NCBI RefSeq assembly: GCF_006345805.1
Contig: NC_043021.1
Location: 1,922,001 to 1,986,000 of the forward strand
Direction: 5' to 3'
DNA length: 64,000 bases
Source of the DNA: Octopus sinensis
Lineage: Eukaryota
The position numbers were made by a program, and so were the translations under genes. The notes below the pieces were generated by a model, which was not told the DNA's origin, searched no databases, and was given only the letters and a program-made list of their open reading frames with translations. Positions within the stretch are counted from its first letter, which is position 1; the number at the start of each line of letters is the position of its first letter. Shown one piece after another: positions 51,862-64,000 of the stretch.

Positions 51862-52044
51862 CTTTTCGGCTTTATTCCAAATCTCTTGGACCTTAATCAT
51901 TCGAAAGTGACGTCCGATGGCTGCATTATACATAAGATTGTTTGCGTCGACGTTGACCTTCTGTTTATCTTTCAGGTATTTATTAGCTTCGATGGCGAAG
52001 ACCAGCGAGAAGAAATAAATCGCGTAAAACGTGAAAGTCGACAT
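51862..52044 (-). CDS. LRPAP1: LRPAP1 (LDL receptor-associated protein, RAP) exon 1 with signal peptide
   Basis: MSTFTFYAIYFFSLVFAIEA (hydrophobic signal) NKY...FRMIKVQEIWNKAEK, matching the RAP D1 FRMxKxNxxWxKA pattern; donor AAG|GTACAA. Confidence 0.93.
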
Positions 52045-54878
52045 AATTGAAAGAGAAAGAAACAGATTCTGCTAACGATACTCCTTCAATTAGCTCCCTT
52101 GGTTTTTATATGGAAGCCCAGTAGTGGTATAATTTTTTAAAAATCATATTTTCATTTTACGACTTAGCTTGAGATGAATGGGCGAGGCTCATCATTGCAG
52201 AGGTCCGGCTCTGAAAAAGGATAAAGAGACTAAGATACTTTGTAGTCTGGTGGCGGGATGGCATCTTCGCAGTTGTCGACGTTGTTTCATGTGTCATCAT
52301 CGTTAACATCCGTTTTCCACGCTGGCGTGAGTTGGATTGGCCAAGGCTGTACCGGTTTCCATTGTCTGTTTTCGCCTGACTTCTACAGCTGGATGATGCC
52401 TTTCCTAATGCCAACCACTTCAGAGAATGTCCTGGATGCTTTTTTTAATGTTGTACCATTTGTTCTTTTATCTTGTGTTTTTTTTTACTTTTTTCAGACA
52501 TTTGATTGCAGCCATGCTGGAGCATCGCCTTAAAGGGTTTTTAGTTGAAGAAATCGACCTTATTCTCTGTAAGCTTAGTACTTATTCTATCGGTCACTTT
52601 TGCCGAACTGCTAAGTTAACACACCCTCATCAGTTGACAAGTGATGATGAGGGAAAACAGGCATACACATAAGTATATATACACACACATACATATATAC
52701 ACACACATATATATACACACATATATATATACACACATATATATATATACATACACACATATATATATATATACACACATACATACATATATATATATAT
52801 ATACACATACATACAGATATATATATACACATACATACATACATACACACATATATATATATATGATAGGTTTCTTTCAGTTTCTGTCTACCAAATCTAC
52901 TCACAAGGCATTGGTTGGACCAAGTCATTTAGCAGAAGACATTTGCCCAAGGTGCCACACAATTCCAATTTCTTTTCCTTTTCTAAGAGTAGCAGATGAG
53001 TGACTATCTTTCCATACCGACACAACATAGGCCTCGCTTTCAGGTCTTTTGGATAAGGTTTTCAGAAATAACCCAACGGGTTTACCATTGATTCCATGAT
53101 ATTAAGACACAGAAATACACACACACACACATAAATGACAAGGTCTCTGTCTACGAAGTTCGCTTGCAAGGTTTTGGTCAGCCTGGGGCTGTAGTAGAAG
53201 ACATAAGATTCCATACAGTGGAACTGAACCCAAAACCACCTGACTGGTGCCTATAATTTCTAATATAAGCAACAGCCTGGGGGGGAGGGGAGCTAAGATT
53301 GATTAACGACTTCAAAGTTTAAAGATTAAAACGAGTAAAAGAATGAAAGACAACATAATATACAAACATAAATAAAAAAAGAATAACAATACATTAAAAC
53401 ATTTCTAAAAATTCAATTTTATTTTGATTAGTTTTTTCAAAATATAAATATTTTTTTTTTCAGAAAAAATTCTGAATAACAATAAAATATTTTTCTTTTC
53501 TTTTTTCCTTCTTCTTTAGACTAGATCAAAGATCAATAGCTGATTGGGTAAGTAAAGACATTATTTGTTATTGTTGTTTAGCACCAGGCCAGCTCTGATT
53601 GAGCAGACCTGGGATAAGAGGTTTTCCAGCCATGGTTATCTTGGACTACATTAAACTAATTGTGTCCTTTTCTTATTTAAGATGGTAAGGTGAGATTTGA
53701 AGGCGGCTCTCTCATTAGTTTGAAGTATTATTTTTGATTTTCTAACAAAGGAGATTCCTGATTTCATTATCCAACATATCCTAAGGCAATCCATCAGTGA
53801 CACCCCCTCTTTTGCTTTCAGACACAGTGTATCTAGAACTACATCATCTGATAACTATATCCTTCTTTTACAATAGGGTTAGGATGTGTTTCCAACAAGA
53901 TTTGGCTGTTTGTTTCAGCAAATTCAAGCACTCACTCACAGTCTCCTTCGTTAGCTTGAGCAAGTATTATCTTTGGTATCTAACATGGGTACAATCCCAG
54001 AAACTCGTTTGGGAAGGAGCAGCAATGCTAGGAGATGATTGAAGCAGTCCCTTTTAACTGGTAATCATTTTACTGACCCTGGAAAATGGGAAGGCTGAGT
54101 CGATCATAGCAAGATTTGAACTTAGAACATAAATTATTCTATGTCATGTTACTGACTTTTCTAATTAAGTAATACTAATAATTAAGGTGCAAAAAGACTA
54201 GAGCAACCTTCCGTTGGTGCCAGAAGAAAGACAGTCATTTTAGCAATTATCTTTCATTTAATTACGTGAATTATTATAAATAATTGAAAACAAGCTTCAG
54301 TCGTTTTGGTGGGGTTGTTTGTGTATGTTTTCACTTTTTAAATGTTATTTTACATCACAATGTGTTGTCATTGGTTACAGATTTTCAAACAGGCCAATCA
54401 CTGACTCACAGCATTTATGAAGATAGGATTGACAACAGACTATCTCTCACTCGATGGACCTCAGGCCTAAAATAAATATTTGTTTCTTCTTCTCCCCAGT
54501 ATTTATACCTTTAGCTAATATCATTAAAAGATTATAATCTACTGGTGTATGTGTGGTGGGGGGGGGGGTATATAAATAATGCTCTAATAAAAAAAAACCC
54601 ACAAGACTTGTTAAGACTTGTAGTTTTTTTTTATTATAACATTATTTGTTGAAGCCTTACCACATTATATATATATGTATATATATATATACATAGAATG
54701 CAGGTATATGGCTTCATGGTTAAAGTGTTGGATTCATGAACGTAAGATTGTGGGTTTGATTCCTGGACAGCACAATGCATTGTGCTCTTGAACAAAAAAC
54801 TTCATTTCACGTTGTTCTGGTCCACTGAGCTTACAAAACTGAGTAATCCTGAAAAATACTGGCATCCTGTCTGAGGAT

Positions 54879-54912
<34 letters not shown>

Positions 54913-55275
54913 TATTCCACACCACAGAATACAGGAAACTGGCCTTGAAGCCTATGGCTTGGGAAGGACTTTCAATCCTTTATACATAGGCTTTCACATA
55001 GCTTGTATCAACTAAATTCTACTCTCAAGTTACTGGTCAATCCAAAATGATGGTAGAGTCAGTCACCCAAGATAACATGCAATGGGGTCAAACACAGAAC
55101 CCCATGGTTGAGAAGCAAACCTCTTAAATAGGGCAGCAACATCTGTGCTCAGTTCAAGGAAGACATTGAAGACTAACCTCTGGTCAACCTCTGGTCAACA
55201 GATGTTTAATGAGTCCAGTAAATGTCTTAAAACAGACACGTTTCTTTTTTTAATTTTTTTCATAGAATAATGTCC

Positions 55276-55727
55276 TTAACCCGTTTGTTACTATGTTTCT
55301 GTTGAGATACACCATGTTTGTTTCAATTAACTTTGAAAATAAGGACAAATTTAGCAAAATGACTTTGTGATTATTAAACTGGTGTTTGGATGATAATCAA
55401 CATCAAACTTTGATGGGGGAATTTTCAAGATCTCTTTAAACAGGAAATGTGTATCAGAGAACCAGGTGTGGTCTTGTGCAGGTCCGTATCAAAAGGGTTA
55501 ACCCTTTCGTTACCAACCCAGCTGAAACCACCTCTGGCTCTGTTGTACAAATGTCTTGTTTTCATAAGTTTAGAATTAAAATCTTCCACCAAACCTTAGT
55601 CACATTTTATGTTCCTAACACCAATTTAATGATAACTAAGTTATTTTACTAAATTCTTTGTTATATTTAAAATTAATTGAAAGAAACACAGATCATCTCA
55701 AAATAAATACAGTAACGAAAGGGTTAA
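55276..55727. mobile_element. Two abutting TTAA-flanked MITEs (piggyBac-like termini) sharing one TTAA
   Basis: TTAA at 55276, 55498 and 55724. The second copy has perfect TIRs CCCTTTCGTTAC/GTAACGAAAGGG; the first has degenerate TIRs. Confidence 0.7.
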
Positions 55728-56445
55728 ATGATGTTTGGTGGTTTGTTCATGGACATTTCTTTATAAGAGGGAAGCTTGCCAGGAAAAGAGTAACTGACAT
55801 AGGAATCAGAGGGAGTGGTTAGGGGTAAAGTGAAAAAAGATTTTGTAATGTTGAAGTTGTGGATGGATTTATCACTGGCTGAAACCATTAGCTGTGATGA
55901 GCAAATGAACAAGCTAACGAAGGATCCTGAATACACTCGGCCAAACAAAAAGTAGCCAAATCTCTCTCAAATCACACTAACTTTAGTTAAAAAGGAAGGA
56001 CACATTAGCTAATGCAATTGTGAGCATACAAAAAGATGGAAGCAACTTTGAATACTGGTCTGCTGTTTCGAGACTGACCTGGAGCTGAAAGCAACAATTA
56101 CCACTATTGGCTGTAAAATGGAAAGTATGAATAACATTTTATTAGCATAGCTGCTGTATAATTGTCCGAGTGTACAGATTTAAACTAGAACAGAGTGATG
56201 ATGAACCTAAGATGGCAGGCAATGGATTTGGGAGGGAAAAAAAAAGAAATTCCCTTACAATATCATGTTATGAAAAGCTTATCTGAAAGCATTTACTTGA
56301 AACTAAAACACATGGCCCTCCTCCAATAACAGGATAATTAAATAAATTAAAAAACTGACAAATCAGGCTAAAAACGTTTACCGTTCCTGAACTTGAAACT
56401 ACAAAGAATGCTATTCATTCTGATTGTCATACTTCATACATCATT

Positions 56446-56476
<31 letters not shown>

Positions 56477-57819
56477 TCATCATCGTTTAACATCCGCTTT
56501 CTATGCTAGCAATTGGTTGGACGATTTGACTGAGGACTGGGGAACCAGATGGCTGCACCAGGCTCCAGTCTTATTTGGCAGAGTTTCTACAACTAGATGT
56601 CCTTCCTAATGCCAAACACTCCAATATATAGTAGATATATTATATATATTATATATATATACATATATATACATAAATATACGCTTGTACATAGTAATGA
56701 ATATGTTCTATCTCTGAGTTTTATACCATCAGAAACTGGTATAACCAACCAACCAACCACTGAGACAGATAAAAACATATCCCTTCCAATGCCCAAGAAC
56801 ATCATCAGCAGCAGCAGCATTTGAATAGATGGGAATACTGTTCGGTGTGTTTTTAGTACCCTATATGCCTCACTTCCAATGTTCACATTTTTCAGCTAGT
56901 ACCATAAATAAATAATAAAAAGAAAAAAAGAATTTTTAAATTATTATTATTAAAAGATGTTTTCTTAACATTTTTTTTCCTTTTTTACCCCAAGAGATAT
57001 ATAAAGAATACTCTTAGGAAATGATATGTGAAAGAAAGCACTAACCAGTTGAAAGTTTAAATTTAATTTCTTTTAAAAAACAAAAAAAAAACCCCACCAA
57101 AATGTTTGAGAAATTCTTCCAAAGTTTCCTGTAACAAACAATAGACTATTGGACATGTCTACGTGATTGCGGGACATGCAGAGGTTGCCTATAAACCAGA
57201 ACCCTGTCATCTTGAATAAGGACAGACACATACGACAATGTGGTCCTAGACATGACTAAGACAAGATGATCATGGCTGGAATGCCTTTGATCACAGGTCT
57301 GCCCAGGCCTCTGAGCTGAAACAACAATGTTCTTTCTCTCGGTGTAAGCACTTGTTTTTTCACTGTTTTATGGTTGTTTTTAACATTTTTGTTATATAAA
57401 TACAAAAGAAAAAAAAGAAGAAAATGAAATAAAAATAATACTTGAGACATACATACATAAATATACATACATATATATGCAATTATATGTGTATATATGT
57501 GCATATATATCGGTATAATATATATGAAATGTATGTATATATATATATATATATATATATGTAATACTTTAGATATAAAATGATTTCTTCACAATTCCTA
57601 ACAGGAACAATGCAATAGCATTTTGAATTAAATAAAGTTGGCCAATGAGGTAGCACAGAGCAAATAAAAGACCTCATTCAATCAAGAACTATGTCTTTAC
57701 ATACTTCTATTTTCACAACTACAATGAAAAAAAAAAAAGGGGGGTCAAAGAAAAAGTTGTTTAGGCAACAATAACCCTCCCCCACCACCAAAAAACATTG
57801 AGACTAAGCCAGGTCAACT

Positions 57820-57915
57820 TCATTGTCCAGATTCCCGTCTCTTCAAGACAAGAGGCCCGACATTGTCAGATGTAAGCTTGTTGTGTTTGGCATGTGAGCC
57901 ATCGCAGAAAGGGAA
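57820..57915 (-). CDS. CISD2: CISD2-like terminal exon
   Basis: [31 protein letters not shown] then TGA; completes the C-x-C-x2-S-x3-P-x-CDGSH 3Cys-1His motif. Confidence 0.95.
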   Translation of the reverse strand, partial: FPFCDGSHAKHNKLTSDNVGPLVLKRRESGQ

Positions 57916-58427
57916 CTGAAATGGAAAAACAAATCAACAAATAAATAAAAGCATATTATAAATATAAACACAAACAAACAGATACAAAATGCAGGGTGTC
58001 TGGTATTAATGAGATACATTTTAAACATAAGTAATTAGGAATGGGGCAGGCATGGGTGGGTATCCATGATTCGTAAACTACAAATTAAATGTGTTCCATT
58101 ATTACGTGACCCATTGTGTGGTCGCATAGGTTGGCTTCCCAACCACATGGTTCCAGGTTCATTCCCACTGCATGGCACCTTCAGCAAGCATCTTCTACTA
58201 CAGCTTCAGGCTGATCAAAGCCTTGTGAGTGGACTTACGAGAAGTGTTGGTGTGTTTACGTCCATATGACTTGGCAGTCTGGCAAAAGTCACTGATAGAA
58301 TAAGCGCTTTAGAAAATAAGTACTCAGGTTGGTTTGTTTGACCAAAATTCTTCAAGTTAGTGCCCCAGCATGGCCGCAGTCTACTGAATGAAACAAGCAA
58401 AAGCTAAGAAGATATATATATATACGT

Positions 58428-58735
58428 GGAGGCGCAATGGCCCAGTGGTTAGGGCAGAGGACTCACAGTTGTAGGATCGCGGTTTCGATTCCCAGACCAA
58501 GCGTTGTGAGTGTTTATTGAGCGAAAACACTTAAAGCTCCACGAGGCTTTGGCAGGGATGGGGGGGGGGGCGATCCCTGCTGCACTCTTTTGCCACAAAT
58601 TTCTTCTGTTGGCCTGCTCGCTTTGCCAGTGGGGTGGCGTCATTTGAAGGCTAAAATAATGCGAAGTGCATTGTGATCAGCGATGTGTAGCAACATCTGA
58701 TAGCCTGGTCGGTCATGGTGATCACGTGATATATA
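58428..58735 (+). mobile_element. tRNA-derived SINE family C
   Basis: GGAGGCGCAATGGCCCAGTGGTTAGGGC...GGTTTCGATTCCC head with A- and B-box-like motifs, followed by non-tRNA body. Confidence 0.75.
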
Positions 58736-58842
58736 TATACACCTAATTATGATTGAGGGTGCCGAAGCATCTATAATGCAAGAAATAAGAGTGAAAAACT
58801 CTTCATGCAGTAAGAAGCATGCAATATATACACTATGGTAAA

Positions 58843-58878
<36 letters not shown>

Positions 58879-59359
58879 CACATAATTATCATTGTCGTCA
58901 CCACCACCACTATTTACCATCCATCTTCCATGCTGACATGGGTTGGATGGCTCAAAAGAAGCTGGCAAGCCAGAGAACCGGTTTCTACAGCTGAAAGACC
59001 TTCCAAGTGTCAACCACTCTATGGAGTGCTTCATACATGGCACCTGGACCAGTGAGGTCACCAGGTAACTCACATTGCAAGACAAGACCCCCCCCCTCGG
59101 TTTACTTGTGTGTAGTATTGGGGGAGGTAGCTTCAAGCCAGGCAATGAGAGGTTGAAGTATAATAGAGGGACAGTAACAAGTGTCTCGCTGTAGAATAGA
59201 CACATGGCTAACCCAGTTGGAAAAAAAGAGAAGATGGTGATGAAGATGAGTCAGTTAAAAGAAGGCAATGCATTTTCCTTTCTTTTTAAATTATCTGAAT
59301 TCTTCCCACAAGGAAAAAGCTGGCTTCTAACAAAGAAACAAATCTTGCATGATGGGGCT

Positions 59360-59510
59360 GGGATCATTCCAAGCTAGTGGTCCCAGGGGTGTCATTATGT
59401 GTACAGCCAAACAGGTTCACCAGAGCTCTCCATCACTGGAGGTCTTGTACCAAGTCCTCTGCATCCTCCAAGGTGACGTTAAGCTTCTTGGAGATCTGGT
59501 CTGTTTATGT
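59360..59510 (-). mobile_element. RTE-type LINE extreme 3' fragment in the CISD intron
   Basis: ...DQISKKLNVTLEDAEDLVQDLQ*WRALVNL resembles the RTE C-terminal W-x-D...A..L..DR..WR..V motif. Confidence 0.45.
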
Positions 59511-59729
59511 TCTGCAACTTAGTGATTCACCAAAGGAGACCAGTAGAATAAATACATGGTTTTAAGGGAAAAAAAAGGGGTCAATTTATTCAAAAAAACC
59601 CTTCAAAGTGGTGCCCCAGCATGGCCACAATACAATGACTGCAACAAGAGAAAAGATATAAAACAAAATGAAATACAAAAAGTTATTTTTTAAAGCATAA
59701 AGAAAATCCTGAACAGGAGCAGAACTGAC

Positions 59730-59959
59730 CGTTGCTGACCTCCAGCAGCGACAGTATACAACCTTATCCCCGAGGTCTTCAATGTCGACCATGTCAACCA
59801 CTTTGTCGCTGCATTTCTTGATGGACAGGTTGACTTTGCAGAGATTATCTCGATTCCGTCCCTGATACTGCTCCCATTTCTCCTGGAATGTGTGAGACGT
59901 GACGTAGACAATAAGGGACACAGTCCCGACAAATGGCACCAGACTCAGCCAGTCTTTAA
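59730..59959 (-). CDS. CISD2: CDGSH iron-sulfur domain (NEET) protein, CISD2-like, transmembrane/CDGSH exon
   Basis: (V)KDWLSLVPFVGTVSLIVYVTSHTF...KVVDMVDIEDLGDKVVYCRCWRSAT; TTGCAG acceptor (phase 1), ACG|GTCAGT donor. Confidence 0.93.
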
Positions 59960-61016
59960 CTGCAATGGAACAAAACAGGAAAACAAGTTATTCGTGCGAT
60001 GAACCTGATCGATACTCAAAGAGCATACACAAACCGTAATAATAGATTTCTTAGAGAAACCAACAACCATAACCCATCACACAGCTGCTTGACCTTAAAT
60101 TACACACAACCCATCTTGAAAATTAAAGAATACTTTGGAAAATGTACACCTGCATATGCAAACAGACGAAATGGGTTTGGAACATTATTGGTTCTAAGCC
60201 TACTCACAGACGGCTGACCCAAACACCACCACCACCACCAGCAACAATTACAATCTCAGGAAGATATATATGAGGAAGATTTGGCTACAACTATTTCTAG
60301 TGAGTCAAGTGACTAAACAGAGGTTCCTCCAGGTTGGTTTGAATAAAACTAATGGGCTTCCGCCCAGTTTCCATTTACCAAATTCTGTCCTCAAGGAATT
60401 GATCAACTCAAAGTTTTGGTGGAAGACACTCGACCAAGATAACAATGAGGTGATCGCTAAATGTGTTGGTGTGTATATTATCATATGTACATACATAGAT
60501 ATAAACATACACACACACACACACAGAGGCACAGGCATGCCTGTGTGGTTAAGAAGTTCGCTTTGCAAGCCCAGAGTCATGAGTTCAGTTCCACTGTGTG
60601 GTACTTTAGGAAAGTGTCTTTAACTAAAGCCCCAAGCAAAACTTTCTGGACAGAAACTGTAAGAAGGCAGCAAGCTGGCAGAAATGTTTGCATGCTGGGC
60701 GAAATTCTTAGCGGTATTTCGTCTGCTGCTACGTTCTGAGTTCAAATTCCGCCGAGGTCGACTTTGCCTTTCATCCTTTCGAGGTCGATAAATTAAGTAC
60801 CAGTTATGCACTGGGGTCGATGTAATCGACTTAACCCCTTTGTCTGTCCTTGTTTGTCCCCTCTATGTTTAGACCCTAAATAATTTTATATAATGATATA
60901 TAGATGTGAACGCAGCAACTTAAAGCTGGTGTCCAGTGCAGAAACAAATGTGACTTGCTATTAAAGCCTGGTCCCTTCCAGCCCCGGGCTATATTATTCT
61001 TTAATTACTCTTATAC

Positions 61017-61076
61017 AGTAGCAGAGTTCCACATGTTTATCCAGTCGTGGGAAAATATCCTGCTGTAGAGTGGCAT
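61017..61076 (-). CDS. CISD2: Probable CISD2-like first coding exon (phase conflict, see findings)
   Basis: MPLYSRIFSHDWINMWNSAT followed by GTATAA. Joined as ...MWNSATVKDWL it aligns with the insect pattern W-x3-S/T-x-KDW, but as written the exon ends in phase 0 while the next needs phase 1. Confidence 0.5.
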
Positions 61077-61638
61077 ATCACGGCCAATAACGGTATAGAA
61101 GTTCTTCTTCAATGCACACTACGAGGTTGTTACCCAAATTATAATGTGTGTGTGTGCGCGTGAAGATAGAGCCCCACGCGCGCGCACACACACATACACA
61201 CACGCTCTCTCTCTGATAAATAGATATTCTACACCCACATACTACATTAGGTACACTGATATGGATAAGTGTCTAATAGATATGCGAACCACGAGATAGC
61301 GACGGAGGGGGAAAAACTCACCTAATTCTTTCTTTTTTTTGTTTGAGGACAATTAGAAAGGACGTTGGGGGAAAAAGTGTGTGGTGGGGAGAGTGTCACA
61401 AGCAAAATTGTTACACAACGAGATACTAAAGGTGAAGACGATATAACACAATATATATATATATGTCAACGACCATTGAAGATGTTGCAAGTCGCAACGA
61501 AAATTTTAGAAAAAAATAAATGAACAGAAATCGAACCGGTGAGTGTGTTAAGTGATAAGGCATTAAAAGATCGATATTTAAAATACCGATCTTATCAGGT
61601 GGCCAGCATGGGAATAAAAACCATTCAAGGGTAATAAT

Positions 61639-61838
61639 TATTTAAAATTATAATTTAGGGTAACTAAGAGATACCTCCACGCTGGAAATAGCAGTCAAAA
61701 CTTGACTCTAAAACCACATTAAATATTCATACAGCACCGGTGCTATATGAACATTTAATGTGGTTTTAGAGTCAAGTTTTGACTGCTATTTCCAGCGTGG
61801 AGGTATCTCTTAGATACCCTAAATTATAATTTTAAATA
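61639..61838. repeat. 200-bp spacer-less palindrome, 3 mismatches
   Basis: Centre GCACC|GGTGC at 61738/61739; 100-bp arms. Confidence 0.95.
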
Positions 61839-62147
61839 TATATATTATCCGAAAATAGAACTCTCTCGACACAATTTAAAGTAAATAATATGAAAACCTT
61901 CAAAAAGAAAAATGCCGTATTAAAAAAAAATGTTCGCAAGAAGTAATCGCTTGGTTAATATTACTTTATATTGCTCGATAAAGTTTTGGAAAAAAGAAAC
62001 TGATGAATGAAGAAATGTCCAGCAGCAAAAAAAATATAGGGATGCCTGATCTAAGGGAGTTTAGTTTTTTTTAACCCCACGATGTGCGAGTGTTTGTCCT
62101 GAGCTGTCCATATATTGGCATGAAATGTAGGAGTTATATGTGTGTGC

Positions 62148-62178
<31 letters not shown>

Positions 62179-62918
62179 CTTTTAAAAAAAAACATTAGAT
62201 CTCGAGACCCATGAAGCTATAAATAATAGCATGTAAATATTGCGTTGAATAACCCTTTCTGGATAGAAAAGGTCGATGGCTGCCCGTGGGACACGAACCC
62301 ACGTCTCCTTTAAACATATTTTATAATATATATATATAGGTTCCGTGTATTTGGCGATGTTTAACCTTTAAAGAATTTCCAACTGACTTTGTTGTTTTGG
62401 CTAAGAGCGATCAATGTTTACTTCAGAGTCAGGAGGTTTCCCGAGTACCGGTCAATCCTTTTGATCGGCCCAAGCCCTTTGTGAGTAAAAACTGTGGGTT
62501 AAACAGACCCAGTGTGAAAGCCTGCTGGATAATAATAGATTGTTCCAGTAATTTAAACCACCCCGACGCCTTTTATTTGTCTCTTTGAGGATTATATAAA
62601 TAGATAATATATGAATGTATAGAATATTTTTAATGGAACACAGTTAATCGGGTTAAAATAGTGAATGAAATAGATTCCACAGATCAATTGCAACCGCCAC
62701 ACAAAAGAAAAACATTTTTCCCTTTGTAAAAATTATTACAAAACCAATGTTTTTGAATAAACTTAAATACATGAGGGTGAGGCAATTAATGCTCATTTTT
62801 TTACTTCTTCTTGTAACTCTTTCCCTCTCTCTCTCGTTACACACCCGCCTCGCATTTGTCTCTCTTTGTCCTTCTGCCTTTGAAGCTGGATATCCTTGTT
62901 GCTTATTTTGATTTTTAT

Positions 62919-62981
<63 letters not shown>

Positions 62982-63935
62982 AGTTGAAAAGGAACACACG
63001 AGTTGATATATATATGGAAAAATAAAAGTCAAGGTAGAAAATGCTATATACACATACATATGTAGGTATTTTAAAGAGGTCATAGGCTAAGAGGACTTAG
63101 GGTCTGACGATACGCCATAAGGTTAAACCCTTTCTGGACAGGTAACCCAGGGTAACCCCATAAACCGGCCTTCACCAGGGAAAATATGTACATATGCATA
63201 TATATATATATATCTATATATATATATATATATATATACGTACATATGTATTTTATAAAATTATTTTAGCATTTTCTACCTTGACTTTTTTGTGTGCATG
63301 TGTATATATATATATGTTGTTTTTATGTCGAGTTATAAAAACAATTTTATATTAAAATGAAAGATTACTCAATCCCATATTATTCTTTTACAAGTATCGT
63401 GCTGACAGTGACTTCGAAGTATCTACGTGTTTTTACAGTTCTAATGTTTTTTGGCACTCATCTTTCGCCTATTCAGGAGCTAACGAAAGGGGTGCTTCTT
63501 TGTTAAAATATTAAAACTAAAAATAAAAAAAGGCTAAGCCATTCTTAGTCACCTTTGTGTATCTCGTCTCCTTCATTTTTGGTTCTCGGAAGATTGCCTA
63601 TAGGTATAACACTAAGTGCTTGTATGCAGGTATAAACAAAATTAAGCCAGAGTCACTATATATATATATATATATGGAAAATTTACCTATGAAGGAGAGA
63701 GACGGTTTGATAGTTATAAAATACATGTTCAAATAGATGTAATAAGATGAAGATGATAGATCGATAACTCATCATTAACAGTTTAGTACAAACACACACA
63801 TATAGGAATGCATATGTATATATACACATGCATGCATATATATATATAGATATATATACATGTGTGTATATATATATACGTGCATGTATGCACGCATATC
63901 TATATATACACATGCATATATATATACACGTATGC

Positions 63936-63982
<47 letters not shown>

Positions 63983-64000
63983 CACACACTTACGTACATA

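Noticed and set aside
62000-62030. CTGATGA...GAAAT-GTC hammerhead-like words
   Set aside because: No stem I or stem II pairing; likely chance. Similar isolated CTGATGA hits near 32828, 38141 and 41371 also lack GAAA geometry.
62277-62310. tRNA-like T-arm (GTGGG-TTCGTGT-CCCAC) with GCAGCCA end on the minus strand
   Set aside because: No D-arm, anticodon arm or matching 5' acceptor strand upstream; at most a short fragment, not a tRNA gene.
62340-62486. Plus-strand segment ending in a GTGAGT donor as the first coding exon of a fifth gene
   Set aside because: No in-frame ATG reaches the donor and no downstream coding exon was recognised before 64000; may be a UTR exon but cannot be supported.
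160-63985. Dozens of ORF-track entries rich in YI/HT/CV repeats or K/E/R runs
   Set aside because: They are translations of (TA)n, (CA)n, (GATA)n, (GAAA)n and trinucleotide microsatellites, with no splice or homology support.

Overview
AT-rich, microsatellite- and SINE-dense animal genomic DNA. The repeat landscape looks like an Octopus/coleoid cephalopod genome (inference). Four protein-coding genes could be rebuilt by eye from splice sites and reading phase: (1) first coding exon of a storkhead-box gene (STOX, - strand, 13124-13913; the rest lies left of the window, so 1-13123 is its first intron); (2) complete NFU1 (+, 8 exons, 18804-30629, 273 aa); (3) complete LRPAP1/RAP (-, 7 exons, 52044-33042, 344 aa, ends in HTEL); (4) a CISD/NEET gene (-, exons 59730-59959 and 57820-57915; the probable first coding exon at 61017-61076 is one base out of phase). 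Mobile DNA includes a decayed Helitron with both termini (3430-7759), mariner/Tc1 remnants, R4/Dong-like and RTE LINE 3' fragments, a Helentron-type HINE, TTAA MITEs and at least four SINE-like families. The most unusual signal is a set of hammerhead-ribozyme motifs of the Penelope/retrozyme type in NFU1 introns, including a perfect 69-bp-arm palindrome (21289-21434) carrying a complete type I hammerhead fold on each strand. Several other long fold-back palindromes occur, and a CpG-retaining island in LRPAP1 intron 1 holds candidate alternative first exons. Most entries in the ORF track are microsatellite artefacts.
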